From positions 11,143,432 to 11,207,431 of the forward strand of contig NC_092679.1 of NCBI RefSeq assembly GCF_964355755.1: a DNA stretch of 64,000 nt, read 5' to 3'. This document shows positions 24,582 to 38,373 of this stretch, one piece after another; position 1 is the first letter of the stretch; every line of letters starts with the position of its first letter. The position numbers and the translations under genes are program-made. Origin of the DNA: Antedon mediterranea. Its lineage: Eukaryota > Animalia > Echinodermata. The notes below the pieces were generated by a model that made no database searches, was not told the DNA's origin, and worked only from the letters and a program-made list of their open reading frames with translations.

Positions 24582-25057
24582 ACCCCTTTCACACCAAAAC
24601 TCTGGAGTGATATCCGGAGACACCCCAGAGTTTATGACCATTCAAAACGTTGAGAAACTTCGGAGGTACCCAAGGTACGCCAACCTAGCAACACCGAGGT
24701 TTATAAAATAAAATTGTAAATTTCACCCTCTATTTTGTTTGTTTACATAGCGACGATCATTAGAATCATTTTAATTAATAATATTTTTAATTTAATAATT
24801 ACTTTCAAGTCTCAGAAGTAATAATGTTTTATTGATACTACTTTTTTTAAACCCGCTATATATTTTGTACAAATATTTAAAGTATTTTGACCTTTTGACC
24901 TAAAACTCCGAAGTGTCCCCGCAGTTCGCTCTCCAGAGAATGTTCAGCTGTTCAACCCCGCAGTTTTAAACTCCTGAATTGCTTGATTAGACCTTTCACA
25001 CAAAAACAGCGGGGCGTCAACTCGTCTCCGGAGTTTTGCTTTTGGTGTGAAAGGGGT
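24582..25057. mobile_element. MITE with 18-bp TIR and 3-bp TSD (PIF/Harbinger-like)
   Basis: acccctttcacaccaaaa / ttttggtgtgaaaggggt; flanked by aat at 24579-24581 and 25058-25060. Confidence 0.8.
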
Positions 25058-25764
25058 AATATATATTATCGTTCATACCGTAGGTAGGCTATAAACTATA
25101 ACTATGCATTATATATCGTATATATTTTTCTTTCCTTTTCTCCAGTTGCGAAAAAGATTTAATATGTTTAATTAGGATGTTTTTCATGATACATTACAGC
25201 AGTTGTATGCTATTTAGAATAACCTACTGTAGTTTGGAAATATATACATCATTTGTATTTACGGTATAACGATTATAAAGTGTAATGCCTGAGTGGTGCC
25301 TCATTTTGATTCATTGGAGGGCAATTTAAGTTTTGGTTGCCAATAGCAACTGGATAGTTGAGAGAGGATGGGTTATAAATTATAAACAAGGATGGATTTA
25401 ATTATATTGCAGCTGTTTTGAAATGAGAGTAGTTCAAGTGCATCTGTTTACTGTGCGTCAAGGTCAAGTAGGTTTATATTTTGAACCTCATGGCTCATTT
25501 TAACTTATATGGTAATTATGTTTACATTATTACTTGTTGCTTTAATGGTAAAGTTGTTGTGATCGCTATTCTATTGATATGTTTATATTAATTTTAATTG
25601 GTACACTTATACACCTTTTAATTTAACTCATTATAATATCGCTGTAATTTCTTGAATAACGTTGCATTCTGTAACACATTATAGAAAGTAATGTAGTTTC
25701 CTTTATTTTCTTTTAGTCACAAGAACAGAACGGAAGATCGGTCTATTGTAAATAAATTGTAGAT

Positions 25765-26598
25765 ATCGTATTTAAAAGCATTTGCTCCAAACAGTTCCGG
25801 ATTTGAAGGAGGCAGGCATTAGTAAAACTATGGTGCACCATTTGATGATGCCGCCAAAATCTAAAACTAGGAACAGTGTAATTTATAAAGGGCTTGTAAA
25901 AGCTAGAGTCCTGCCAAAATCAAACAACGCAACTAAGAGCAAGCATCCGGACCATCATTTTTGTCGATCGCAATGTTCTATGTTATCCGAGGCGTGTGCC
26001 TTTTTTGATGATGAATGTTTGCGGTTATCGTGCGATGAAAAAACAAGGTAAATGTTGGCACCCTTGCTGTGAGTAGATTTCAAGGTATTACCCAGTGTAA
26101 GATCAACCAGACTACCTTGATCGTGACTTCCCTTTCGAAAAAAAGCAAAATAATTCCGTCAGCGTACATGGTCTTAAATACAAATAAATCATTAGAACGG
26201 GCGAGTCCAAGAAGTGCCAAACCCAGGATCGCGCAGGAAAATGAAAGGCGATGCAGATCTGCATCTCCCCCAAAACGGAAAATGTTGCCAAATGGTCGAT
26301 TTTTTACTGACCGTATTGGCAGAACCCGAGTTTGATATGGCAAAACAATAGCAAGATTCGCTCGTTCAACAGCACAGACACACGCCAACGACTTGTCCAC
26401 AATTTATAACATTAAAGAAATACGACAAGGTAAATCTGTGGTATACATTTTGACGGACAGTGGTTCGGATTGGTCAGTAAAAAAAATAAGAACTCTAATT
26501 TCGCAGGGAAGGAGAGACTATGACTTTGACTACTACGCTGTGGCTAATCTGGCAGCAGGTCATTCGGCCGAAAACCCCATTGAACACTTGTGGTCCAA
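25765..26598 (+). mobile_element. Zator-like DNA transposase fragment
   Basis: ISKTMVHHLMMPP..YKGLVKARV..HPDHHFC..LSCDEK(fs)KVNVGTLAVSRF, DQPDYLDRDFP, KIIPSAY, TDSGSDWS, AAGHSAENPIEHLWS. Confidence 0.65.
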
Positions 26599-28134
26599 GA
26601 AAATATTAAGGAACAAAGTAAAATCAGAAATTGAAAAAGCCAAGGCTGATTATTATGCAAACTGAGTTCAGAGACATAAAAAGGCTAACCCAGCACAGTG
26701 GTACAAGCAGATTCGAATCATGACCAATCAAGGGAAAGCTAACTCTACTATTTAACATTCCAGATGACTTAATACTTAAATATTAGTAATTCTAAGGATG
26801 TTGCTAACTTTCTTAATAATAATTTTTTTAATATTACCAATGAAGTCTTGTAAGGGAGGAACTTCCGGCCTTTTGTCCGGATCCTAACCCAGACCCAGTT
26901 GTCCAAAATTATGAAGTTTATAATGCACTTAAAAATATTAAGACCAAGAAAGCTTCTGGCCCTGATGGTTTGCCTGCTAAATTAATTAAGGAATTTGCAT
27001 ATGAAATTAGCAAACCATTGGCTGCAGTCATAAATCAGTCCTTTGGTAATGGTGTTGTCCCATCCCAATGGAAAAGGGCCATGGTTATCCCTATTCCTAA
27101 AACTAATCCTGCGACTTGGGATAAACTTAGACCAATTTCCCTCACTGACCACTTTGCAAAATTGCAGAAAGTTTCATGTCTAAGTTGTTGTTAAATGACA
27201 TGGATCCCAACCTTGACCACAACCAGTATGGTAATCGTAAAGGGATACTAATCATTATCTTGTTAAGCTTATGGATGTTCTCCATAGAAATGCTGATAAG
27301 AAACAAAGTGAAAGTACTGTAGTGGTTACTGATTTTAAAAAAGCTTTTGACTATGTTGAACACAATGTTTTAATCTGTAAGTTGATTAAATTTCAAGTCT
27401 GTCCATCTGTAATTACATGGATTATGAGTTTTCTAAGTGATAGAACACAATGTGTTAGATATCTAGACACCATTAGTGAATGGGAATACATTCATGGAGG
27501 TGTCCCTCAAGATACCAGCTTAGGACCCCTCTGCTTCCTTGCCATGGTTAATGATGTTTTTTACGATAAGATGATTGACGTATTTGTCGAACCCTATCTT
27601 AGCAAACAACCTACTGTAGCTTTATGCAAAATCACTTAAATGAACTATCGCAATGGGCGACAGTTAATAATATGAAACTTAATCCTAGCAAATGTTTAGT
27701 TATGAATGTTAATTTCTCTAGAGAAAATGTTAATCATGTTGTCAACATTGATGGACAGCCGTTGCACATTGTGAATAATACTACAATCTTAGGCGTTAAC
27801 ATTAGTTCTGATCTTAAATGGAGCTCTCATATCACTGAAGTGCTTAGCAAAGCTAATGGTAGATTATATATGTTGAAAGTACTTAAGCGATTCAAAATGC
27901 CAATTGTTGACTATTTACACTGGGTATGTCAGATCCTTAACTGAATATGCTGCTCCTGTGTGGCATTCTGGTCTTACCCAACTTGAATAAAATATGTTAG
28001 AGCGAATCCAAAAGCGAGCTTGTAAAATTATTCTAGGGCCTCTGTTTTCACACTATAATCTAGCTCTTGATCAGTGTAACTTAATACAGTTAAATGTACG
28101 TCATAATGAAATTTGTAGCAAATTTTTTGCCTCG
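26599..28134 (+). mobile_element. L2/CR1-group LINE RT (degenerate, 5'-truncated)
   Basis: KKASGPDGLPAKLIKEFAYEISKPL..WKRAMVIPIPK..LRPISLT, DFKKAFD, GGVPQDTSLGP, MKLNPSKC, LKWSSHI, EYAAPVWHSGL. Confidence 0.9.
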
Positions 28135-28805
28135 TTAGTACAGTAACAATTTTAAATTTGACTTCGGCAGTTTTAGTAAAATAATGTGCAGTAGTCGATC
28201 CATTATGGATAAGTAACGATATTTAATTTGGTCCTGAGTATGTTGCATTTTATCAGATATCACTGTATAATGTTAGTACAGTAACAATTTTAAAATTGAC
28301 TTGGGCAGTTATACTAAAATAATGTGCAATAATCGATACAGTAGTCGATCCATTATGGATAAGTAACGATATTTAATTTGGTCCTGAGTATGTTGCATTT
28401 TATCAGATATCACTGTCTAATGTTAGTACAGTAACAATTTTAAATTTGACTTGGGCAGTTATAGTAAAATAATGTGCAGTAATCAATACAGTAGTCGATC
28501 CATTATGGATAAGTAACGATATTTAATTCGATTCAGTTTGTTGCGTTTTATCAGATATCACTTTCTTATGTTAGTTAGTAAATAATGTGCAATAACCAAT
28601 ACAATAGTCGATCCATTGTGGATAAGTAACGATATTTAATTTGGTTCAGTATTATTAATATTAATTAATGTTGCCTTTTATCAGATATCACTGTCTAATA
28701 TTAGTACAGTAACAATTGAAAATTTGACTTTGTTTCAGTTAAAGTAAAACAATGTGCAGTAATCGATACAGTAGTCGATCCATTATGGACAAGTAACGAT
28801 GTTTA
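28135..28805 (+). repeat. ~140-150-bp satellite, ~4.5 copies
   Basis: gtcgatccattatggataagtaacgatatttaa core recurs at ~28195, 28344, 28494, 28607 and 28774. Confidence 0.9.
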
Positions 28806-31800
28806 AAATGTTGGCAGATTAAGTTATTTGTTGGTTTTTATCAGTCTAATTCACATGAAAACGGTTACTTTTTTTAAAATTTAAATTGAATTAAAAATAC
28901 AGTAATAGTGTGCAATCGATAGTCTAATCTATACCTTACCAATTCTCTAAGTGATTATGTTGATTCGAACTATTATTTACTTTACTATTATGTTATGTTA
29001 TGTAAAAAATGTTGCAAATTTAGATTTCGTTGCCTTTTTTCATATAGACATGTCACTAAGTGTCTAAGTGTGTAATTAAAACAACATTTAAATCGAGTTA
29101 TAATAATAATGCACAATAATCGGTACCGGTGTCGATCATTATGAGTGTATTTATTAATTAGTTTATCTGTAAAATATTCTTAAATTATATTATTTTGTGT
29201 TGTGAAATAATGATTTTGATATAATATTGATTGTTCAAAATGATACCCTAAAATACAAATCTGCTGTTGGTTATTTTAAGTGTTTTTGTTGGTGTTATTT
29301 ATTATTCCAAAATAAAGATATATTTCAATTATAAAATAAAAGTCACTCGTTATCGTGAATGTGTTTGTATTATCGACATTGTTGATCACGAATGGAGCCT
29401 CGGGTATTTGAGCTGCTCAAAAATGATTACACACTTCATGGATAAACCCATTTTGGGCGAGTTCCTAAGAGTTTGATGTTTGATGATTTGGTACAGGAAA
29501 CAACTGCTCTCTTTATTTATTGTTTTAGCATTCTACTGTGTATTTATTGTCAGTCCGAGTCCGTATCACGTATTTCTAACTCAGCAGTCTCAGCTGAACG
29601 CCATTAGACGACATACGCGCCGAGTATATAGCCGAATAGGAGGAAACTGCGGACCTTTAGGGCTGCTGTCTGAGCTTATGTACAGGATAAAGTTGCTGTC
29701 ATTGGTGTTTTTGTCATCCCCAATATATACTGCTGCCATTAAAAAAAGATTCAACCTTGTATCGCTTCACATGAATAAACCCATTTGGGCGTGGCCCTAA
29801 AATGTTGCTGTTTGGATAAAGTTGCTGTCATTGGTGATGTAATCATTAGTAGCCCACTGCGAATGATATCCAAAAAAGTTTATCCTTGTATCGCTTCACA
29901 TAAATAAATGCATTTTTACCCCCCTATGTTATGATCCCCACAGGCCCTATGTACAGGCTGTGACCCGGCAGCAATGTCGAATATTGCATCTCGCCCTAAT
30001 ATGCACCTAACTACATCATCAGACCTTTTGTATCTTTTCACATGAATAAATCTTCCGGGCGCCCGGTCTAATATGTGACATCTCCTCTTTTCTTAAACAT
30101 TAACAACAACAATCGTAATCAAAATATCAAACTCTTAATGAAACAATTAAACTATGATGATGAACATTTGTGTATAATAAAACATGAATATCTGGCAGAG
30201 AAATTATGAACAATGAGTCATTTAAACATTATTTGTCCATTATGAAATCATCAAAACGTTTGGGCACACGTCTATTTCGCTTTGGTCTGGTGATGACTAC
30301 CTCTTCCTTTTGAGGATCAGGTGTCCTCGGCGGAGTTTCGATAGGAGTTTCATCCACTTCCCCTTCAACATTAATATCTTCTTCATGTAATTGATTTAAT
30401 TGTCGGCGATTGCGTCTATACACTTGTCCGTTTTGCGTAGCGACCATATATATCTCGGGGTAACATGTTCAGATAACACTTTCGCGGGGACCCATTCTCG
30501 GCCTTTGTTGAGACGGACTATCTCGTTTCCTTTCAGTGATTGTAGCGTTCGCGTTCCACGATTGTAATATTCCGCCTGTTTGTCTTGTCTAACGATCAAC
30601 GAATTATGTGCGTCTGGAATCAGTGTAGGCTTAAGTTGCTCGCGTACGATAGGAATTCGTGTTCTAAGCCTTCTGTTCATCAGCAACTGTGCTGGAGATT
30701 TGCCGATACCTCCCAACGGCGCATCTCGATAAGCGAGTAAAGCTAAATGAAAGTCTCCGTGAAAGTCATCAGCGGCTTTCCTCAACAATTGCTTGACTGT
30801 CTGTATGCACCGTTCAGCTTGACCATTGCTTTGTGCATAGGTGGGACTCGATGTGATTAGTTCTATCCCCCATGATTTAGCGAACTCTTTCATTTCAAAA
30901 CTTGCGAAAGGCATGTTGTCGCTTACAAATGTCGCTGGAATGCCATGTCTCGCGAAAATCGTTTTTAGCCTGCCGATTACTTCTTTGGCAGTTTTGTTGC
31001 GTAGCGTGACGACTTCGGGATATTTTGAATAATAAAATAATATTACTAAGTGGTCATTTCCTCCAAAGTTGAAAATGTCTGCCCCAACTCTATAAAAGGG
31101 TATTTCAGGTATTTCGTGAGTTATCATTGGTTCGCGTTGATTTTTCCGTTTGTACTTTGCACATGTCGTACATCTTGATACCATGTCATGAATAGCATTG
31201 GTGATACCGGGCCAGTACAACAACTCTGTGGCTCTGGCCTTGGATTTCTCTATTCCTAAATGACCATCGTGAATGCGGTTAAGCATGAATTCTCGTTTGC
31301 TTTCTGGTACTATCAATTTCTTCCCAATAAACATTAGTCCCTCATGTTCATAAATTTCGTCACGCATCGGCCAAAATTGTCTTATCTTTACGCTGACTGA
31401 CTGACGTCGCTCAGGCCAGCCAATATGGCACTGTTTCGATAGTTCCTTTAGTGTCTCGTCCTCGTTAGTCGCTTGTTGTATTCCGTTATTCTAGCTTTAC
31501 TCATACTCAACAGCTCATGTACGGCATGTATACGATATTGTAGAATTTCAGGATCATTCGTGACAGTTTCCATCGGAACCGCTCTGCTCAGTGCGTCCGC
31601 GATATACATTTCACGACCTGGAACATATGTGACATTTATATCATATTTTAATAGTCGTAGCATCATCTGCTGTAGTCTGGGACTCGCCTTGTGAATTGGT
31701 TTCTTTGTAATTGACTCAAGAGGTTTGTGATCAGACTGGATCGTAACTGAACGTCCGTAGAAGACATAGTTGTTAAACCTTTCAAGTGAAAAACAAATAG

Positions 31801-32723
31801 TTAGCATTTCTTTTTCTATCTGAGAATAGTTCATTTCGGCTGACGTTAGTGATCGCGAACTATAGCGTAACGGGTGACCATCTTGCATTAAAACACTTCC
31901 TAGTCCAAAAGATAATGCGTCACATTGGATTCTTTATTCGGATCAAAGTACTTAAGTACTGGCTCTGAGCTTAACAAACTCTGCAAATGTTTTAGCGATT
32001 GGTCGTGGCGTTCTTCCCAAGACCATGCTACTTCTTTCTTTAATAACTCTCTCATAGGAGCGCTGATGGTAGACATATTTGGAATAAATGGCGACAGATA
32101 GTTGATCATTCCCATTAAACGTCTCAGGTCAGACTTACAAGAAGGTGTAGGCATATCATAAATTGCTTTTACTTTAGAACTATCAGGCTTAACACCATCT
32201 CTACTAATTATGTGACCTAAGTATGTCAACTCATGTTCTTTAAGCTTAATCTTATTTCTATTAAATTTTACATTTTCATCTTTAGCACGCTCCATGACTT
32301 TGGCTATCACACTATCATGATGCTTTTCATCGTCATCGGTAGCGATTATCATGTCATCAGAAATTACAAATACATTGTCAATACCCCCAAATATTTGTTC
32401 GTTTCTCTTTTGAACAACCTCACTGGCACTACATAGACCAAAGGGTAATCTGTTAAATGAATACCTCCCAAATGGTGTGTTGAAGGTGCACAACTCAGTG
32501 CTGTGTTCCGTTATTAAATGGTATTTGCCAGTATGCATCTTTCATATCTATGTGCGTGAACAATTTACGCCCTGACAATTTACTTATTACATGCTCTGTT
32601 GTAGGAATCATGTGATGCTCTCTTTTAATTTCCTTGTTCAAATCTTTAGGGTTGAGGCATAGCCTCAGAGAACCGTCCTTTTCTACAACTACTAAACTAC
32701 TCACCCAGTCAGTGGGCTGATTA

Positions 32724-35700
32724 CACAGCTGTTTCAAACATACGAATTAAGTCATGCGCCCTCAACGTTACAAGTCGTATCGCTGGAGTAACAATACATA
32801 AACAATTACTTACAAATCCACGTGTGCAGAGTGGAGTCAAACGTCATTTAAAGACATGTTTTAAACAGCCAATGAGAATGAGATAAAAAAATAAAGGGTC
32901 GCTAAAAATATGAATATTCATTAAAGAGTCCCTGGATGAAACAAGCACGTTGTCGTTTTGTTTTTTACAAGGAATGTAACGCTGAAAATTAATGGAAGGG
33001 TGGACCATAAAATACAAGCATATACCAATTTACGCACGTGAGTGACATTTCCAAATTTGGTACATGTTTGTTTGTCCGTATCTTTAAAAAATGTAATTTT
33101 CACTCTAATTCTTTGGTACTGCATGATAATTTAGTTATCTGTGAATGTTATAACATAGTAATGGTCGAGAGGTGATGGTTGAATTTTTGAGCTATGGCCG
33201 TTTCAAATTGTGTCATTTTTAGGCTTAGGCTTGTGTCTACTCTAGTTGCAACACTGCCTTTCATGTGACAGCTGACCCAAATGAGTTTGGAAATGTTACA
33301 TTATATTAATTATTTAGGCCTGGCTGTGTAGGGTAGGCATATACCAATATTATAGGCCCTATTTTTATTTTAATACTAGGCCTAGGCCCTAGCTAGACCT
33401 GTGCTCTCTAGCAGCCTACTACAGAGAAGCAGCTTTCCGGCTTAGTTAGCCTGGCCTTGAGTAGGCTAGCCTACTACTAGCCTAATAGGTATTAGTAGGC
33501 TACCTAATTAAAATTAGGCCCAGGATCTACGCCTAGGCCTAGGCCTATATATTTTTAATATTATTTAATCAGTATAATTAATTTTAGTTTTAATAAATTT
33601 ACAGTATTCATTACAAAAACTGTAAATTTAATATTATGAGGATTATATATACCATGTATGCAATGACATAGGGAATATTATAGGCCTACCCTGTATGTAA
33701 TAATTACAATATAAATAATGACAAGCATCATATTAACATTCGGTTTTGCTCATCACTGCATATTCAAATTAGTATGCAATCATATTAAATTTAATAAGTT
33801 AAGTTAATTTTATAAAATTGTTATAATAATTATTAATGTTATACTATTGTAGGTAGCCTACATATATAGAGCAGTAACCTGAAGTGGCTAAGCAGATTTG
33901 GACCATACCTACCATCTATATATAGGTAAGATTATTTTGCTGTTCAAGAAGTAGCAAATATTAAATTGTGTTTACCATGCTATTATTTTTCAATATTAAC
34001 AATCAATCACTACCTCTGGCTGGGTAGGCTAGGCCTATATTATAGGCCCTATTTTTATGTTAATATACTAGCTAGACCTGTGCTCTCTATCACTAGCAGC
34101 AGCCTACAGAGAAGCAGCTTTCCAGCTTATTTAGCCTAGCCTAGAGCAATTAGGCTAGGTATAAGTAGACTACCTAATTAGGTCTAGGCTCTACGCCTAT
34201 ATATTATTATTTAATTATTATTAATTTTAATTTAATATATTTACAGTATTTATTTAAATAATGTTTCTTATGAGAATACCTGGTTATATATACCCTATGC
34301 AATGACATAAGGCATATATGCCTTCCCTGTATGTAATAATTACAATTATTATAAATAATGAATTTTAACATTCGTTTTTGCTCATCACTGCATATTCAAA
34401 TTAGTATGTATGCAACCATATTAAATTTAATAAGCTAATTTTAAGTAATTCTTATAATAATAATGTTTTACTATTTTGTAGGTACATAGCGGCAACCCGA
34501 AGTGGCAAAAACATTTTAAACAGATTTGGACCAATATAGCAGCCTACCATCTATATACAGTAGGTAAGTTTATTTTACTGCTCAAGAACTAGTAAATTTT
34601 AAATTGTGTTTACCATGCTATTAATTTTAAATATTAACAATCAATCACTACCAGTGGCTGGGTAGGCTAGGCCTATATTATAGGCCCTATTTTTATTTTA
34701 ATATACTAGCTAGACCTGTGCTCTCTAACACTAGCAGCCTACATAGAAGCAGCTTTCCAGCTTATTTAGCCTAGCCTAGAGCAATAGGCTAGGTATAAGT
34801 AGACTACCTAATTAGGTCTAGGCTCTACGCCTATATATTATTATTTAATTATTATTAATTTTAGTTTTAATATATTTACAGTATTTTATTTAAATAATGT
34901 TTATTATGAGAATACCTGGTTATATATACCCTATGCAATGACATAAGGCATATATGCCTACCCTGTATGTAATAATTACAATTATTATAAATAATGAATT
35001 TTAACATTCGTTTTTGCTCATCACTGCATATTCAAATTAGTATGTATGCAACCATATTAAATTTAATAAGCTAATTTTAATTAATTCTTATAGTAATGTT
35101 TTACTATTTTTTAGGTACATAGCGGCAACCCGAAGTGGAAAAATCATTTTAAACAGATTTGGACCAATACCTATACCTACCATCTATATTATAGGTAAGT
35201 TTATTTTACTGTTCAAGAACTAGTAAATTTTAAATTGTGTTTACCATGCTATTAATTTTCAATATTAACAACCAATCACTACCACTGGCTGGGCTAGGCT
35301 AGGCTAGGCCCTATTTTTATTTTAATATACTAGCTAGACCTGTGCTCTCTTGCACTAGCAGCCTAAGAGAAGCAGCTTTCCAGCTTATTTAGCCTAGCCT
35401 AGAGCAATAGGCTAGGTATTAGTAGGCTACCTAATTAGGCCTAGAGGCTATTATTAATTTTTATTTTTAATATATTTACAGTATTTATTACAAATAATGT
35501 TTATTATGAGGATACCTGGTTATATATACCCTATGCAATGACATAAGGCATATATGCCTACCCTGTATGTAATAATTACAATTATTATAAATAATGAATT
35601 TTAACATTTGTTTTTGCTCATCACTGCATATTCAAATTAGTGTGTATGCAACCATAGTAAATATAATAAGTTAATTTTAATTAATTCTTATTATAATGTT

Positions 35701-37941
35701 ATACTATTACTATTAATATTTTTTAGGTACATAATAATATAGTATAGCGGCAACCCAAAATGGCTAAAACATTTTAAACAGATTTGGACCAATACCTATA
35801 CCTACCATCTATATAGGTAAGTTTATTTTACTGTTCAAGAACTAGTAAATTTTAAATTGTGTTTACCATGCTATGAATTTGTAACTTTAACAATCAATCA
35901 CTAACACATGTACAGTACAGCAGTAGTACTATCAATCAATAGTAATTAGTTAGTAATTGAAATATAGACATACTATAGTATTACTTTTACATGTTCATTA
36001 TCATTAGGCATTGTTAATAGGAAATCAATACAATGCAATATTCCTTTAACATTTAAAAATGTACAATATTTTATGATCATTAATGTTAATGAATCATTCT
36101 TTGTTGGCTTTCTTGCATTTGTTGGGTTTTATTATTTCATTTTGTATCATTGGAGATGTGAAAGTCAGATGAGTCTAAGTTTGACTCTAATCCACACTGC
36201 TGTTTTGTGACGGTTGAGTTTGGCATGTATTAGCTCCCCGCCTTGTTCAGAGACCACCTTCCATTCTCTCATGAATGCAATAGCATGGTGCTCAAGCATA
36301 TGTAGCTTAGGCTGTATTACACCTGGTGCAATATGCCTGTATTCTGCTAAAAATACTTGTATCATATTTTTTATGTAATTAAAAAAATACTTAATTTACA
36401 CATTAATACATTTTATAATTTCAGAAATTTTGTGATGAAAAAGTCAATCTGTGGTGACTGTAGAATGGACCCGAGACCTGACTATCTTAGACATTTAAAT
36501 AATAGAAAGTTCTGACAATTTTGTTGAATAGAAATGTACAATGTATGATGTAATCTTAATTGAAAATTGGCAGTTTTTAAACTATGTATATAAATTAGGA
36601 TGAGAAAACAGTTATTTGATTATGAGGTATGTTCATTTAAATAAATTTGTTAGTATAAACTTTCAAAAAGAGTGAAGATATAAGGAAGAAAAGCAGATTA
36701 TGGAGCAGCTGTACCAAATAAAAAAACTGTTCCCTTAAACGCCAGTGTGTTCTTTCACTTGTGAATGTAGTTTTTGCCCAGGTCATAGTTGTTGTAAGTT
36801 GTTGGTGTAGCATGCCAAGCAATTTGTTCCATGCCCTGTTAATGTAAATGTTAGCGTGGTAGTATACAGTATCCATTGCAAATTCGTGAATGGCAGGTTG
36901 TACAAATGTATATAGGTTGTGATTTTACATTTGTTAGATTTAGTGCAAATTTGTGACGGCTTTTCATATTTTAAAAATTGTATTTTTTATCTTTTTCTTT
37001 AAATTTTGTTCCACAACAAAAGCAAGTAGAACGTAAAGCCTTTTCGTGAAACTGTGTTGCCTACAAAAATGAAAAGAAATGTTAATTTTACCAACCTTTA
37101 ATTTTATATTATATTTATCATACAGTAGTTTGAGTATTTTTGTATAGGCTTTAAATTTAAGGGCCTAGCCTAGGCCTGGTAGTTAGTAGTTTTACTAAAT
37201 TTTTACATTTATGATGAATTATATTCAGTTGAAATAAATACAATGATAATAATTAAGCTTATTATTTAATCTATTGTAAATTAAAATGATGTATAGCATG
37301 ATTACACTACTTATACGTACCAACTAGGCCTAGCTACAACCTAGGCCTAGTTGCGTACAGCCTAGCGAGCGGTTATCAGACGCGTTCATCGACCTCTCGC
37401 CAAATACGCTGTTTCGCATTTAACAAAACAGTCGAGTTTTTCAATGAAAATTTCTTGAGATTTTCACCGTCACCTCCTAACAATTCAATGTCTCATGTAA
37501 GCATATATAATCAAACTTTTACCTAGATTTTTCAAGTATTTATGAAAATTACGAATAAAAACAAAAAGTGTACAATTTGACAAGCATTTTTTCAAACTTT
37601 CCATTGTTTACATTTGCTAGGCCGATCGATGTTAATTTTTAAAACTTCCGGGTGTAAATAATTTCGTAAACTTGGTGTTATGCTTAATTACTTATTATTT
37701 CCAAAAAATCGGTAATTAAAAAACTTATTTTCTAACAAATAGTATAAAAATGGTTTTATAATATTTATGACGAAATTGATTAAAATAATTTAAAGTGTAG
37801 TTATAAAAGTTGCAAATGTCGCGAAAGTTGAACGAGATTCAACCACTCGCGCGGCGTCACGCTCAGGCACATATCGCCGTCTGACAATATTGAGGGCGCT
37901 TGACTTTTTCTATTTATTTTACATTGGTTGAAACAGCTGTG
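32724..37941 (-). mobile_element. Chapaev DNA transposon, internally deleted, both TIRs and 4-bp TSD intact
   Basis: TIR cacagctgtttcaa / ttgaaacagctgtg; TSD atta at 32720-32723 and 37942-37945; removal restores Gypsy QGVISRTNQPTDWVSS. Chapa-domain remnant at ~36730-37065; C-terminal IQPKLHMLEHH..SEQGGELIH in ORF 36165-36365. Confidence 0.88.
33340..35905. repeat. ~630-690-bp tandem array, 4 copies, inside the Chapaev element
   Basis: ggccctatttttat..ctagctagacctgtgctctct recurs at ~33355, 34044, 34683 and 35307. Confidence 0.9.
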
Positions 37942-38373
37942 ATTAGTGCGCGAGATTACGCCTTGGCGTTCCATCTCGTCTAATTTGTTTCTTAATTTAT
38001 CATGTAAACTTATTGGTACTCTCCGGGGTGGATGCACCACCGGTACGGCGCCCTCTTTAATCTTAATGTTGTATGGTTCGCCAATGCAACCCAGGCCCTC
38101 AAAATTCTTTGAATATTTACTCATTAAATCATCCATTTTGATTGAATCTACATTGCGGTTAATGATGCCTATTGCTGTGCTCGAACTTAGTCCAAGAATA
38201 GGTGGACTATCTACCTCAGTAATGAAAAACTCATGAGCACTTGTTTGCATGCCATCGTTCCGTGAAATCTTCAAACTCACCACACCACAGTGTGGGATTA
38301 CAGTGTTACTGTAACTATACAACTTGGCTTTACTCTCATTGACTTTCGTCTTAATATCTAATTTCTTAAATAA

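Larger units (their letters stand above)
30072..38373 (-). mobile_element. Gypsy LTR retrotransposon pol (PR tail-RT-RH-IN) + PPT, interrupted by a Chapaev element
   Basis: PVVHPPRRVP, WVSSLVVVEK, FNTPFGRYSFNRLPFGL..VISDDMII, YSQIEKEML..SDHKPL, integrase HDGHLGIEKSK..SDNMPF..QSNGQAER; PPT 30081-30094 followed by LTR start TGTCAC at 30080. Confidence 0.92.

Noticed and set aside
26393-26665. Novel Zator-LINE fusion protein (ORF crosses the junction in frame)
   Set aside because: It is the chance junction of a 5'-truncated L2 with a broken transposase; both sides carry nearby stops and frameshifts.
28135-28805. CRISPR-like array (recurring conserved core with intervening sequence)
   Set aside because: The intervening sequences are also repeated, so this is a satellite; the context is eukaryotic and has no cas genes. 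The same applies to 20015-20368.
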